Shown here one piece after another: positions 43,072-53,500 of a DNA stretch of 64,000 nucleotides. Each line of letters begins with the position of its first letter. Position 1 is the stretch's first letter. Source of the stretch: Pyrinomonadaceae bacterium (GTDB lineage: Bacteria; Acidobacteriota; Blastocatellia; Pyrinomonadales; Pyrinomonadaceae). The position numbers were made by a program, and so were the translations under genes. The stretch is taken from contig OY970389.1 of assembly GCA_963720235.1 (NCBI GenBank), forward strand, positions 5,362,970 to 5,426,969, written 5' to 3'. A model generated the notes under the pieces. That model did no database searches. It was not told where the DNA came from and saw only the letters and a program-made list of their open reading frames with translations.

Positions 43072-45009
43072 TTAAATCTCAATCTGTGAGCCTAACTCGA
43101 CGACACGATTCGGCGGCAGACAGAAGTAGGCCGTCGCGCTCAATGCGTTGCGCGACATGAAGGCAAAAAGTTTTTCGCGCCAGATCATCATGCCAGGAAA
43201 CTTGCTTGCCATCACAGTCTCGCGCCCCAAGAAGTATGTCGTGTTCATGACATCGAAGGCCGTCATCGTCTCCCCAAGATTCTCAAGGACTTTCGGAATG
43301 TCCGGGTCTTCCATAAATCCGTAGCTGATAATCATCCGATAAAATTCATGACCGAGCGATTCGATATGGACGCGCTCATGCTGCTCGACATATGGAGCCT
43401 GTTTCGTCTTGACGGTCAAGAGCACTACGCGCTCGTGCAAGACTTTGTTGTGTTCCAAGTTGTGCATCAGCGCGGGCGGCGTCCCCGTCGCAGTGCCGTT
43501 CATAAAGATAGCCGTGCCAGGCACACGCACGGGCGGATTCTGTGCGACATCTTGCAGGAAGACTTCAAGCGGATGAGCGCGCGATAAGAGACGCTCCGCG
43601 AGGATGCGGCGGCCTTTCTTCCATGTTGTCATCAAGATAAAAATCAAGGCTCCGACCACGAGCGGGAACCAACCGCCCGCCGGAATCTTGATGATGTTTG
43701 CGCCGAAGAACGCCAGATCAATAATCAGGAAAAAGCCAGACAGCGCAAGCGTGAGAGGCAATCCCCAATGCCATTTCTGCCGCGCGACGACAGCAAGCAA
43801 GATAGTCGTAATCACCATCGTCGCCGTCACAGCCACGCCGTATGCCGCCGCTAAGTTGCTCGAAGAGCCGAAGCCGACGACAATCGCTATGCAGCCAATC
43901 ATCAAAGCCCAGTTGAGCGCGGGAATATAAATCTGTCCCATCTCGGTCGAAGAAGTATGCTCTATCTTCAGGCGCGGCATAAAGCCAAGCTGTATGGCCT
44001 GCATCGTGAGCGAGTATGCGCCGGAGATTAAAGCCTGCGAAGCGATAATCGCGGCGCATGTCGCCAGCACAATCAGCGGATACAAAGCCCAACCGGGCGC
44101 GAGACGATAAAAAGGATTTTCCGCCGCCAAAGGATTCTCAAGCAACAATGCTCCCTGGCCCAGATAGTTGAGTAGCAGAGCGGGCAAAACAATCGTGTAC
44201 CAGACAAGACGAATCGGCCTTTTGCCGAAGTGGCCCATATCTGCATACAAAGCTTCGCCGCCCGTGACGACGAGAAAGACTGTGCCGAGCACAAGGAATC
44301 CGTGCCAGCCTTCGCGCACAAAAAAGCGCAATGCATGAACCGGATTGAAAGCCTCTATGACCGAAGGATGACGCAAAATCTGCATCACTCCCAAGACCGC
44401 TATGATGATGAACCAGACGAGCATCACCGGGCCAAACAAACGCCCGACCTTCGCAGTCCCGCGACTCTGTATGAGGAACAATCCGATGATAATAACAATC
44501 GTCACAGAGACGACGTAAGGCTTAAAGAGCGGCGTCGCGACATTCAAGCCTTCAATGGCTCCGAGCACTGAGATGGCAGGCGTAATAATTCCATCGCCAT
44601 AAAGCAACGCCGCGCCGAAGATGCCGAGCACAACGAGCAGCCAGCTTTCACTCCGGCTCACAATCTTAATCGGAGTCGCCAATGCAGTCAGAGCCAGAAT
44701 CCCGCCTTCTCCATGATTGTCCGCGCGCAGGACGAAGATGCAGTACTTGATTGAGATAATAATAATGAGCGCCCAGAAGATAAGCGACAGGACGCCGAAG
44801 ATATTATCGGGCGTGGCGGCGATGGCGTGCGGGCCGTGAAAGCATTCGCGCAAGGCGTAGAGCGGGCTCGTCCCGATGTCGCCATAGACAATGCCGAGCG
44901 CGGTCAGCGAAAGAATCGCCAGATAAAACCCGCGCGGCTTGGCTGTGTGTGGATGCCCGTGCTCGTCTGTGAGCGTTGTGTGAATATCAGTCGTAGCTGT
45001 TCCTGCCAT
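43072..45009 (-). CDS. kup: KUP/HAK/KT family potassium uptake protein
   Basis: Hallmark N-terminal motif GIVYGDIGTSPLYALRECF. 12 TM helices plus a cytoplasmic C-terminal domain. 645 aa. Confidence 0.95.
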   Translation of the reverse strand: MAGTATTDIHTTLTDEHGHPHTAKPRGFYLAILSLTALGIVYGDIGTSPLYALRECFHGPHAIAATPDNIFGVLSLIFWALIIIISIKYCIFVLRADNHGEGGILALTALATPIKIVSRSESWLLVVLGIFGAALLYGDGIITPAISVLGAIEGLNVATPLFKPYVVSVTIVIIIGLFLIQSRGTAKVGRLFGPVMLVWFIIIAVLGVMQILRHPSVIEAFNPVHALRFFVREGWHGFLVLGTVFLVVTGGEALYADMGHFGKRPIRLVWYTIVLPALLLNYLGQGALLLENPLAAENPFYRLAPGWALYPLIVLATCAAIIASQALISGAYSLTMQAIQLGFMPRLKIEHTSSTEMGQIYIPALNWALMIGCIAIVVGFGSSSNLAAAYGVAVTATMVITTILLAVVARQKWHWGLPLTLALSGFFLIIDLAFFGANIIKIPAGGWFPLVVGALIFILMTTWKKGRRILAERLLSRAHPLEVFLQDVAQNPPVRVPGTAIFMNGTATGTPPALMHNLEHNKVLHERVVLLTVKTKQAPYVEQHERVHIESLGHEFYRMIISYGFMEDPDIPKVLENLGETMTAFDVMNTTYFLGRETVMASKFPGMMIWREKLFAFMSRNALSATAYFCLPPNRVVELGSQIEI

Positions 45010-45302
45010 AGTTATCCTGCGAGAAAAGAATAAAGTCCGACTCTGACACGCTTATTTATCCGCCCATCCCCTAGATTAGCGCAAAGATACCTCTATCGCT
45101 CTCTGGGCCATAACGCGCGAATTGAACGGCGAATTATTTTGTCCGGGGTAAAAAATCACTGCCGATAGGATGGCATAAAAGTTATAAAGATTCTGTAAAG
45201 ATAACCCGTGACCTCTGTCAATAATGAGAGAGAAGAAAAAGCATGTTTCCCGCACAGGCGCAAAGGCGTAAAGAAAGCACGCAAGATAAATTGCCATTCA
45301 AC

Positions 45303-45326
45303 TCTTTGCGTCTTTGCGTCTTTGCG
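45303..45326. repeat. 3 x 8-nt tandem repeat in the kup / propeller-gene divergent region
   Basis: TCTTTGCG TCTTTGCG TCTTTGCG, about 300 nt upstream of the kup start codon. Confidence 0.8.
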
Positions 45327-45454
45327 GGAACTTCTTTCGTCGCCTTTATAATCATTGACACTCAGCGCGGCGCGGTAATATCCTCCGGCAACAACGCTCA
45401 CATTCCCGCTCACAAAAAACCGGAATTTAATTCAAGAAAGATTGCGCATACAGG

Positions 45455-47527
45455 ATGAAAAAACGGGACAGGCTTATAGCATCAGGCTTCATCATCTTTC
45501 TTATCTTACTCTCCGGCGCGCGAGTTCTGGCCGACGAGTGGAATGGTTTTCGCGGATTGGATAAGCAGGGCAAAAATGATTCTGTGCAAGCGCCGCTGCG
45601 ATGGTCTGAGGAGCAGAATGTGCTCTGGAAAACAGAGATTCCCGGCGTCGGGCATTCGTCTCCGGTTATCGCGCAGAAGAGCATCTATCTCACGACAGCC
45701 TATGCCACAGAGCAGGGCCAGCAGTTAATCTCTCTGGGCCTCTGGGCCAGATTTTTTCCCGCGCTCTTTGTGTTTGTCGCCAGCATTTTTCTGCTCGTCA
45801 AATCAAGCACGACGCGTCTCTTGCCATTCCGGCGGATAGCATGTCTTTCAGTTTTTCTCTCGCTGAGCATCCTGCTCATGGGAGCCATTCTGTTTGACGC
45901 GCATCTGTTTGACTACGGTCGTTGCGAGATTCGCGCGTGGCTTGGTTCAAGCCTCATCGTCAATCTGTGTTTGATGCACAGCGTCTTTCAATTTCGCAAA
46001 GGTTCGCGGGAAAGACGAATCATCGGCGCGATAGCTATTTGCTTTGCAGTAGTAGTCGCGCTCGGATTTCCCGCCAGAGAGCATGCGTTCCGCAATGGCG
46101 CGAATCAAATCATAGCCATCGGCGCAGTCGTCTTTCCGCTCATCACTGCGATGCTGATATTGAGCGGCTACTTCTTTCTTCCGACCGACTCTGCCGGAGA
46201 AGATTTAGCTGTCAGGAAAAGCTCGACGGCAAAGAGCTTGCTGCTCGTGGCAGGCGTCTCGCTGACAATGCTCGGTCTTGCAACCTTCATCGCAGAGCGT
46301 GTTGTCAGTTCTTCTGAATATCTCAGCTATCACGTCGCGAATATCAACTTCAAACCAGTCCTCGGAGTAAAGAGCGTTTATCTCCTGATGATTATTTGCC
46401 TCGCGGCCCTCGCGGGATTTCTCATCGCGGATAAAAGGCTTCACAAAATTCTGGACAAAGTTTTGTTGAAGACTTATCCATACATTCTTTTGCTCACTGC
46501 GCTGGTGACTTTTGTTGGCACAAATTATTTGACCACGAGCAATGTGCTGGTGCGAGCCATTGTCTCGGTAGATCGTGAGAGCGGGCGTGTGAACTGGGTT
46601 TGCGATGGACTCGACGGGCCGCCGGGACAGATGCACAGGTACAACTCTCCGGCCACGCCGACGCCTGTGACGGACGGCGAGCGCGTCTGCGCTTACTTCG
46701 GCACAGCCGGAGTGATGTGCGCGGATATGGAAGGCGCGCTGCTCTGGACCAATAGCGAGCAACCCTTCGAGAGTGTGTATGGCGTCGGCGTCTCGCCAGT
46801 GCTCGTTGACGGCGTCGTCATCATTGCCAGTGGGACGCCAGCCGCGCCATATGTCAGCGCGCTCAATGCGCGCACGGGGCGGCAACTGTGGCGCAAGGAA
46901 CAACCCGGCAACATTGGTCACATAGGCGGCACAAGCCGCACGCCTTTGGTGCATGAAGTGGATGGAACAAAAGCAGTCCTGGTCTGGGGCTGGGACGCTT
47001 TTCGCGGATTCGATTTACAGAGCGGCAGGGAGTTGTGGGAGTATCCGACTCCGCAAGCGAACGGCGATATGGTCGCCAGCATTGTCGCGGACAGAGACAC
47101 AGTCTATCTGCCTTATCCCGGTTGGGTGGATGCATTGAGTCTGTCGAAATTGATGAGAGGTGAAAACCCTTCGGTCTGGAACGGTGTTGACGGCGGGGCT
47201 AACTGCTCGTCGCCTGTGCTTGTTGATGGACTGCTATTTACAATGAGCGACGATGGAATAGCTGCCTGTCTGGATGCGCGTACAGGCAAGCTCTTATGGA
47301 GCGAGACGCTGGACGGAGATTATTATTCGTCTCTGATTGCTGTCGGCAGAAATATATTTTTCACCAGCCATCAAGGTCTGACGACAATCGTCGCCGCCGA
47401 GCCGCGCTTTAGAAAAGTCGCGGAGAATAACCTGGGCGAGCGCATCACGGCTTCTCTTTCTCCCGTTGACGATAAATTGTTTGTCCGCTCTGAAAACCAT
47501 CTCTATTGCATTCAGGCAAAGCATTGA
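45455..47527 (+). CDS. PQQ-like (BamB-like) beta-propeller protein interrupted by about 8 transmembrane helices
   Basis: Signal/TM segment, then a first blade (WNGFRG...VLWKTEIPGVGHSSPVIAQKSIYLTTA). A hydrophobic block of about 300 aa with about 8 TM segments follows. Then come repeated blades (GRVNWV, GALLWT, GRQLWR, GRELWE, GKLLWS). Confidence 0.65.
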   Translation: MKKRDRLIASGFIIFLILLSGARVLADEWNGFRGLDKQGKNDSVQAPLRWSEEQNVLWKTEIPGVGHSSPVIAQKSIYLTTAYATEQGQQLISLGLWARFFPALFVFVASIFLLVKSSTTRLLPFRRIACLSVFLSLSILLMGAILFDAHLFDYGRCEIRAWLGSSLIVNLCLMHSVFQFRKGSRERRIIGAIAICFAVVVALGFPAREHAFRNGANQIIAIGAVVFPLITAMLILSGYFFLPTDSAGEDLAVRKSSTAKSLLLVAGVSLTMLGLATFIAERVVSSSEYLSYHVANINFKPVLGVKSVYLLMIICLAALAGFLIADKRLHKILDKVLLKTYPYILLLTALVTFVGTNYLTTSNVLVRAIVSVDRESGRVNWVCDGLDGPPGQMHRYNSPATPTPVTDGERVCAYFGTAGVMCADMEGALLWTNSEQPFESVYGVGVSPVLVDGVVIIASGTPAAPYVSALNARTGRQLWRKEQPGNIGHIGGTSRTPLVHEVDGTKAVLVWGWDAFRGFDLQSGRELWEYPTPQANGDMVASIVADRDTVYLPYPGWVDALSLSKLMRGENPSVWNGVDGGANCSSPVLVDGLLFTMSDDGIAACLDARTGKLLWSETLDGDYYSSLIAVGRNIFFTSHQGLTTIVAAEPRFRKVAENNLGERITASLSPVDDKLFVRSENHLYCIQAKH

Positions 47528-47545
47528 GTAGAAATTGCACTTGCC

Positions 47546-47624
47546 TGCGCCCTCCCTGACGGTCGGGCTACCGCCCCTCTACTGTGAGTTGCGGGGCAGT
47601 AGCCCGACCGTCAGGGAGGGCGCA
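47546..47624. repeat. family-C long hairpin element, copy 1
   Basis: Stem of about 32 bp: TGCGCCCTCCCTGACGGTCGGGCTACCGCCCC / loop / GGGGCAGTAGCCCGACCGTCAGGGAGGGCGCA. Lies 19 nt after the preceding stop. Second copy at 50269-50346. Confidence 0.85.
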
Positions 47625-47674
47625 TCAGGTCACACTCAATCGCAAGTGACTATATAAAGTTGATGCTTTGAAAT

Positions 47675-47703
47675 TTGACCGCCACTTCCGCGCGCAGTAA
47701 TAT
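47675..47703 (+). promoter_or_regulatory. candidate sigma-70-type promoter for the S9 peptidase gene
   Basis: TTGACC, 17-nt spacer, TAATAT, about 70 nt upstream of ATG 47776. Pattern match only. Confidence 0.35.
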
Positions 47704-47775
47704 CTTGCCCACGCATTGCTGGTTTAAGCGTCCCTTCCATTGTCAATCAAACTTGTGAGAACTGTAGGAGAATAG

Positions 47776-50250
47776 ATGTTGATGAATGCCGGAATTTTTG
47801 CCGCCCGTTCGCGCCGCCTGCGCTTTGCGCTTGTGCTCGTCTCGCTCTGCCTGTCTGGCGGAGCGGTCTTTGCTCAGGACAGTTATAAAAAGCCTATGAA
47901 GGAAGTGCTGGATGTTTTAGATGCTCCGGCTCCGCCACTGGCTACGATTAGCCCTGCGCGCGATTACATGTTGCTCGTGCAGGGCGTGCGCTATCCGCCA
48001 ATCTCAGAGTTGGCCCAGCCCATGCTCCGTCTCGCGGGCCTGCGCATCAATCCAAATACCAACGGACAACATCGCGCGCCTTACTTCATCAAGCTCACAA
48101 TCAAGAAGATTGCGGACGGCGCGGAAACTCCGGTCGCTCTGCCGAACGGCGTGCAGCTAGGCTTTCCGCAGTGGAGCATGGATGGCAAGCAATTCGTTTT
48201 TACTAACACGACGCCGCAGGGCATAGAGTTGTGGGTCGGAGAGACTGCGACGGGCAAGGCGCGCGTCTTGAATGGATTCAAGGTCAACGCTGTGATGGGC
48301 AATCCTGCACAATGGCTGCCGGATAATCGCACGCTTCTGGTCCAGACTGTGCCGGGCGCACGCGGCGCGGCTCCAGCTGCTTCCGCCGTTCCGCGCGAGC
48401 CGATTATACAGGAGAGCTACGGCAAGGCCGGGCCTGTGATGACTTTTCAGGATTTGTTGAAGAGTCCTTATGATGAAGACCTCTTCGATTATTACGCGAC
48501 GGCGCAGCTTAATCTGCTCGACAGCCAGACGGGCAAGCTCACGCCTCTGGGCCAGCCAGCGATTTACGAGGGGCTTGACCCCGCGCCGGATGGTCAGCAC
48601 ATTTTAGTCGAACGCATTCATCGCCCGTATTCATACCTGCACACGCTCGACAGGTTTCCCAGAGAAGTCGAAGTCTGGGACAGGAGCGGAAAGGTTATTC
48701 ACAAACTAACGAGCCAGCCACTCGCAGACCAGATTCCGACTGACGGCGTGCGCACAGGCCCGCGCAGTTATCACTGGCGACCGACAGAGCCTGTCACGCT
48801 TGTCTGGGTCGAAGCTCTGGACGAAGGCGACCCGCGCAAAAAAGTTTCTCCGCGCGACAAAGTCCTGATGTTGAAAGCTCCTTTTACAGGCCAACCCGCA
48901 GAGCTATTTAAAACCGAGCATCGCTTTTTGGGAATGGATTGGGGAGAGAAGGACGGGCTCGTCATCGTCAGCGATTATGATCGTGACAAGCGTTGGCGGC
49001 GCAGTTTTATCTTGAACGCGGATAACTTATCAGAGCAGCCGCGCATGGTCTGGAGCCGCAATATACGCGAGCAGTACAACAATCCGGGCGCGCCTTTGCA
49101 GCGCATGCTGCCGTCTGGACAGTACGCCATACAGCAACATGAGCAGTGGATTTATCTTGCAGGCACAGGCGCGACGCCGGAAGGCGACCGTCCTTTCCTT
49201 GACCGCTTCGACTTAAAGACTCTGAAATCCGAACGCCTCTTCCGCAGCGATGCGATGAGTTATGAAACTGTCGTAGCTTTGCTCGGCAGCGATGCCAAAC
49301 AATTCATCACGCGGCGCGAAAGACCGATTGAGCCGCTCAACTATTATGTGCGCAACCTGAGCGATGCAGCAGACGCCGCGCCCCGCGCCCTGACACAGTT
49401 TCCAGACCCGACGCCGCAACTGCGCGGCATCAAAAAACAGCTTGTGACTTATAAGCGTCAGGACGGCGTGCAACTCTCTTTCACGCTCTATCTGCCGCCC
49501 GGCTACAAAGAGGGAACAAGATTGCCGACGGTCGTCTGGGCTTATCCGCTCGAATTCACAGACCCGACGACCGCCGGACAGATAACCGGTTCGACGCAGA
49601 GATTCACGACCATCACAGGCCCGTCGCATCTCTTCTTCCTGCTTGCGGGCTATGCGGTTCTGGATAACGCGACGATGCCTGTCGTCGGCGACCCGGAAAC
49701 GATGAACAATACTTACATCGAGCAGATTGTGATGAGCGCGAAGGCCGCGATTGACAAGGCCACTGAGATGGGCATCACAGACCCTGAGCGCGTCGGCGTC
49801 GGCGGCCACTCTTACGGCGCATTTATGACGGCCAATCTTCTGGCCCACTCAGACCTCTTCCGCGCGGGCATCGCGCGCAGCGGAGCTTACAATCGCACCT
49901 TAACGCCCTTCGGTTTTCAGAGCGAGCGACGCACGCTCTGGGAAGCATCAGAGCTTTACATCAAGGTTTCGCCCTTCATGAACGCCGAAAAAATCAACGA
50001 GCCAATACTCCTGATTCACGGCGAAGCGGATAACAACACTGGCACTTTCCCGATGCAGTCCGAACGCATGTATCAAGCCCTGCGCGGCACAGGCGGCAGC
50101 GTGCGCCTTGTCATCCTGCCGCTCGAATCGCACGGCTACGCGGCGCGCGAATCCACAGAGCACACGCTCTACGAGATGATGTCCTGGTTTGACAAGTACG
50201 TGAAAAACGCCGCCCCGCGCGCGAAGAAGGAACAGACCGCAGGAAAGTAA
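47776..50250 (+). CDS. secreted S9 (prolyl oligopeptidase family) serine peptidase with N-terminal beta-propeller
   Basis: Signal peptide present. C-terminal alpha/beta hydrolase with nucleophile elbow GGHSYGAFM. Motifs PILLIHGEADNN and ESHGY consistent with the Asp/His of the triad. Confidence 0.85.
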   Translation: MLMNAGIFAARSRRLRFALVLVSLCLSGGAVFAQDSYKKPMKEVLDVLDAPAPPLATISPARDYMLLVQGVRYPPISELAQPMLRLAGLRINPNTNGQHRAPYFIKLTIKKIADGAETPVALPNGVQLGFPQWSMDGKQFVFTNTTPQGIELWVGETATGKARVLNGFKVNAVMGNPAQWLPDNRTLLVQTVPGARGAAPAASAVPREPIIQESYGKAGPVMTFQDLLKSPYDEDLFDYYATAQLNLLDSQTGKLTPLGQPAIYEGLDPAPDGQHILVERIHRPYSYLHTLDRFPREVEVWDRSGKVIHKLTSQPLADQIPTDGVRTGPRSYHWRPTEPVTLVWVEALDEGDPRKKVSPRDKVLMLKAPFTGQPAELFKTEHRFLGMDWGEKDGLVIVSDYDRDKRWRRSFILNADNLSEQPRMVWSRNIREQYNNPGAPLQRMLPSGQYAIQQHEQWIYLAGTGATPEGDRPFLDRFDLKTLKSERLFRSDAMSYETVVALLGSDAKQFITRRERPIEPLNYYVRNLSDAADAAPRALTQFPDPTPQLRGIKKQLVTYKRQDGVQLSFTLYLPPGYKEGTRLPTVVWAYPLEFTDPTTAGQITGSTQRFTTITGPSHLFFLLAGYAVLDNATMPVVGDPETMNNTYIEQIVMSAKAAIDKATEMGITDPERVGVGGHSYGAFMTANLLAHSDLFRAGIARSGAYNRTLTPFGFQSERRTLWEASELYIKVSPFMNAEKINEPILLIHGEADNNTGTFPMQSERMYQALRGTGGSVRLVILPLESHGYAARESTEHTLYEMMSWFDKYVKNAAPRAKKEQTAGK

Positions 50251-50268
50251 AGTGAGTGAGAACTGATA

Positions 50269-50346
50269 CGCCCTCCCTGACGGTCGGGCTACTGCCCCTC
50301 AACTATAACTTACGGGGCAGTAGCCCGACCGTCAGGGAGGGCGCAG
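50269..50346. repeat. family-C long hairpin element, copy 2
   Basis: ACGCCCTCCCTGACGGTCGGGCTACTGCCCC / loop / GGGGCAGTAGCCCGACCGTCAGGGAGGGCGCA. Lies 19 nt after the S9 peptidase stop. Flanks resemble the reverse complement of the copy-1 flanks. Confidence 0.85.
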
Positions 50347-50516
50347 GCAATTGCAATTCTCGCAAAGACGAAATTTTGCCACGCACTTTTAAGCTTCAGG
50401 CTGGTATTTTGCCTCTTTTAGTCATTTATCCCCATCACGGATTCGCTTTCATCAGAAAGTTTCCGGGAATTATTTAGCTTCAATACAGAGTGCCTGCGAA
50501 AAGTTAGGAAGTAAAA

Positions 50517-53500
50517 ATGCCCTCGAACACTTGCCCCCGTTCAAGCTTTCGTCTGCACACGCAAACGGCAGATACGAGCCATGCTGTATTGGCCCAGTCC
50601 GCAGTCTGGGCCACGATGCTCACGTTGGCTCTTGGCTTTTTAATTCTCTCCGCGCGTCAAACATCCGCGCAGACTTTCACCGATTCTGGATTCGTAGCCG
50701 AGACCGTCACCACGCTTCCGGTCTTCAAGCCCGTCGGTCTCACCTTTGCGCCGGACGGGCGCATCTTTATCTGGCAGGAGAACGGCATCGTCAGGATTTT
50801 TAAGAACGGAGTCTTGCTGCCGACGCCTTTCATCAATCTCGGAAACCGCGTCAACACTGTCAACGACCGCGGCCTGCTAGGGCTCGCGCTCGACCCGAAC
50901 TTTGCGACGAATGGCTACGTCTATCTGCTTTACACTTACGAGGACGCGGGCAATCCTTTGAGCGGCGCGCCGAAAACTTCTCGCCTGACGCGCGTGCAGG
51001 CCGACCCTGCGAATCCTGATGTCGCTTTGTCCAATAGCGAGACGGTCATTCTCGGCACAATCGGGACAGGGCCATGCAGCAACTATCCTGCGGGCGCGGA
51101 TTGCATCCCTGCGGATTCCGATTCACACACCATAGGCACTTTGCGCTTCGCGCCGGACGGAAAACTTTTTGTCGGCAACGGCGACGGCTCAAGCTATAGC
51201 GCGACTGACGTGCGCGCTCTGCGTGCGCAGGACTTGAACAGCTATTCGGGAAAAATCCTGCGCATCAACAAGGACGGCACTGCGCCCGGCGACAATCCTT
51301 TTGATGACGGGACAAATTCCATTCGCTCAAAAGTCTATTCCTACGGCCTGCGCAATCCTTATCGTTTCAGCCTGCATCCAGTGAGCGGCGAAGTTTATAT
51401 CGGCGATGTCGGTTGGAATGATTGGGAAGAGGTCAATCGCGGTCGCGGCGCAAACTTCGGCTGGCCCTGTTACGAAGGGCATGGCTGGCAGATAGATTAT
51501 TACGAGCAGTTCGCGCCATGTCGCTTGCTCACGACGGGCGAAGTCACGCCGCCGCTCTACACATATGATCATGGCGAAGGCAACTCCATCATCGGCGGCG
51601 CGTTTTATAACGCGACGCACTATCCTGTGCAATATCGCGGCAACTATTTCTTCGCAGACTACGGCGGAAAATTTATACGCCGCATGACGTTAGACGCGAG
51701 TGGCAACATGCTCGGCGTCCAGACCTTTGCGACGAATGTGACAGACCCAGTCTCTTTGGAGCTTGGGCCGGACGGCGCGCTCTATTACATCTCGCTTTCG
51801 ACCGGACAGGTGCGGCGCATTAAATTTAGTGGGCCAGTGGCAAAAGCTTCTGCGACTCCTTTGTCGGGCTACTCTCCGCTCAATGTCTCTTTCTCCAGCG
51901 CGGGCTCGCTCGACCCAACCGGCGGAGCAATTACTTATCTCTGGGATTTCGGCGACGGCGCGACCTCGACCCTGCCCAATCCTTCGCACACTTATACTTC
52001 AAGTAGCGTCAGGAATTTCAACGCGACGCTGACTGTGACAGACTCGCAAACGCGCACAGCCATTGACAGAGTCAACATCACAATCGGAAGCCTTCCGCCG
52101 ACTGCAAACATCGTGAGTCCTGCGAACGGAACAAGCGTTCGTGCGGGCGATGTCGTGAGTTATCAAGGCAGTGGCACAGACCCCGACCAGATGCTTCCGG
52201 CCAGCGCATTGCAGTGGACAGTCTTGCTTCATCACAACAACCACGTCCATCCATACTCGACCGCGAGCGGCCCGACAGGAAGTTTTACAGTCGAAGAGCA
52301 TGGTCAGGGCAACTACTCTTACGAGATTGTCTTAACCGTGACCGACAGCAGCGGGCTGACCAACAGCCAGAGCATTACCTTGCCTGTCATCCCGAACACC
52401 TTGCCCGCGCCCTGGGTGAGCAGCGACATAGGCAGCACAGGAGCTATCGGCAGCGCAACTTATGCGAACGGAACTTTCAACATCAAAGGCTCAGGCGCAG
52501 ACATCTGGGAGCAGGTAGATGAATTTCGATTCGTCTATCAACCTTTGAATGGCGACGGAGAAATCATCGCGCGCATCGCAGGTCTCGACAACACACATCC
52601 GAACGCGAAAGCTGGCGTGATGATTCGCGAAGCACTCACGGCAGATGCGAGGCATGCGATTCTGAATGTGACTCCCAGCGCAGGTCTTGAGTTCATGCGT
52701 CGCCGCAATACGGGAGCGATTACAGAATACACTTCAGGCGGCAACGAGATCGCGCCGAAGTGGCTGCGGCTCGTGCGCGCCGGAAACATTTTTACTGCCT
52801 ACAAATCAAACGACGGCACAAACTGGACGCTCATCGGGACAGACACTATTAATATGACCACGCAGGTCTATATAGGCATGGTCGTCACGAGTCACAACAA
52901 TACTGTCCTGTGCAGTGCGACGTTTGATAACGTCAGCGTGAGAATCGCCGGCGGGAATAATCCGCCGAGCGTGAGCATCACAAGTCCCGCCAACGGCGCG
53001 AGCTTTACTTCGCCAGCCAATATCACTATCAATGCGGATGCCGGTGATACTGATGGCACAATCGCTCGTGTAGAATTTTATCAAGGAACAACTTTGCTCG
53101 GCACAGATACAAGTGCTCCGTATAGCTTTGCGTGGAACAATGTCGCGGCAGGCAGTTATGCTCTGACTGCTCGTGCGACGGATGATGATGGCGCGACTTC
53201 CATCTCGACGATTGTTAACATCACCGTCGGCTCAGTCGGCGCGACAGCCCTGACGGATGATTTTAACGACAATTCTCAAGACACTTCGAAATGGACTTTC
53301 GGGACGATTCAGGGAGCGATTTATTCTGGCCCAACGGCATGGGATTCGACCGTGCCTGTCCTTGAGCGCAATCAAAGGCTTGAGATTTTGCCGCGCGCAG
53401 GCATCAGCCGTGACCATTACAATGGTTATGTCTCTGTCGCTGCATGGAATCTGACTAACTCGCGCGCCAGTGTCGAAGTCGTGCAGGTCGCAGACGGCGG

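Noticed and set aside
45010-45454. Possible c-di-AMP (ydaO-type) riboswitch in the long kup leader, and upstream of the kimA-like operon at 42206-42334
   Set aside because: A short stretch (GCGCTAATCTAGGGGATGGGCGG on the minus strand) is vaguely reminiscent of the motif. I could not find the paired pseudo-symmetric halves or the conserved 3' CCGAATCC...CAGCTAACC core. Only a covariance-model scan (RF00379) could revive the idea.
37555-50346. Integron-like gene cassettes (single genes bracketed by palindromic elements resembling attC sites)
   Set aside because: No intI integrase or attI is present in the window. The bracketing repeats belong to different families, they lack the RYYYAAC/GTTRRRY core sites, and the two bracketed genes are 9 kb apart with ordinary operons between them.
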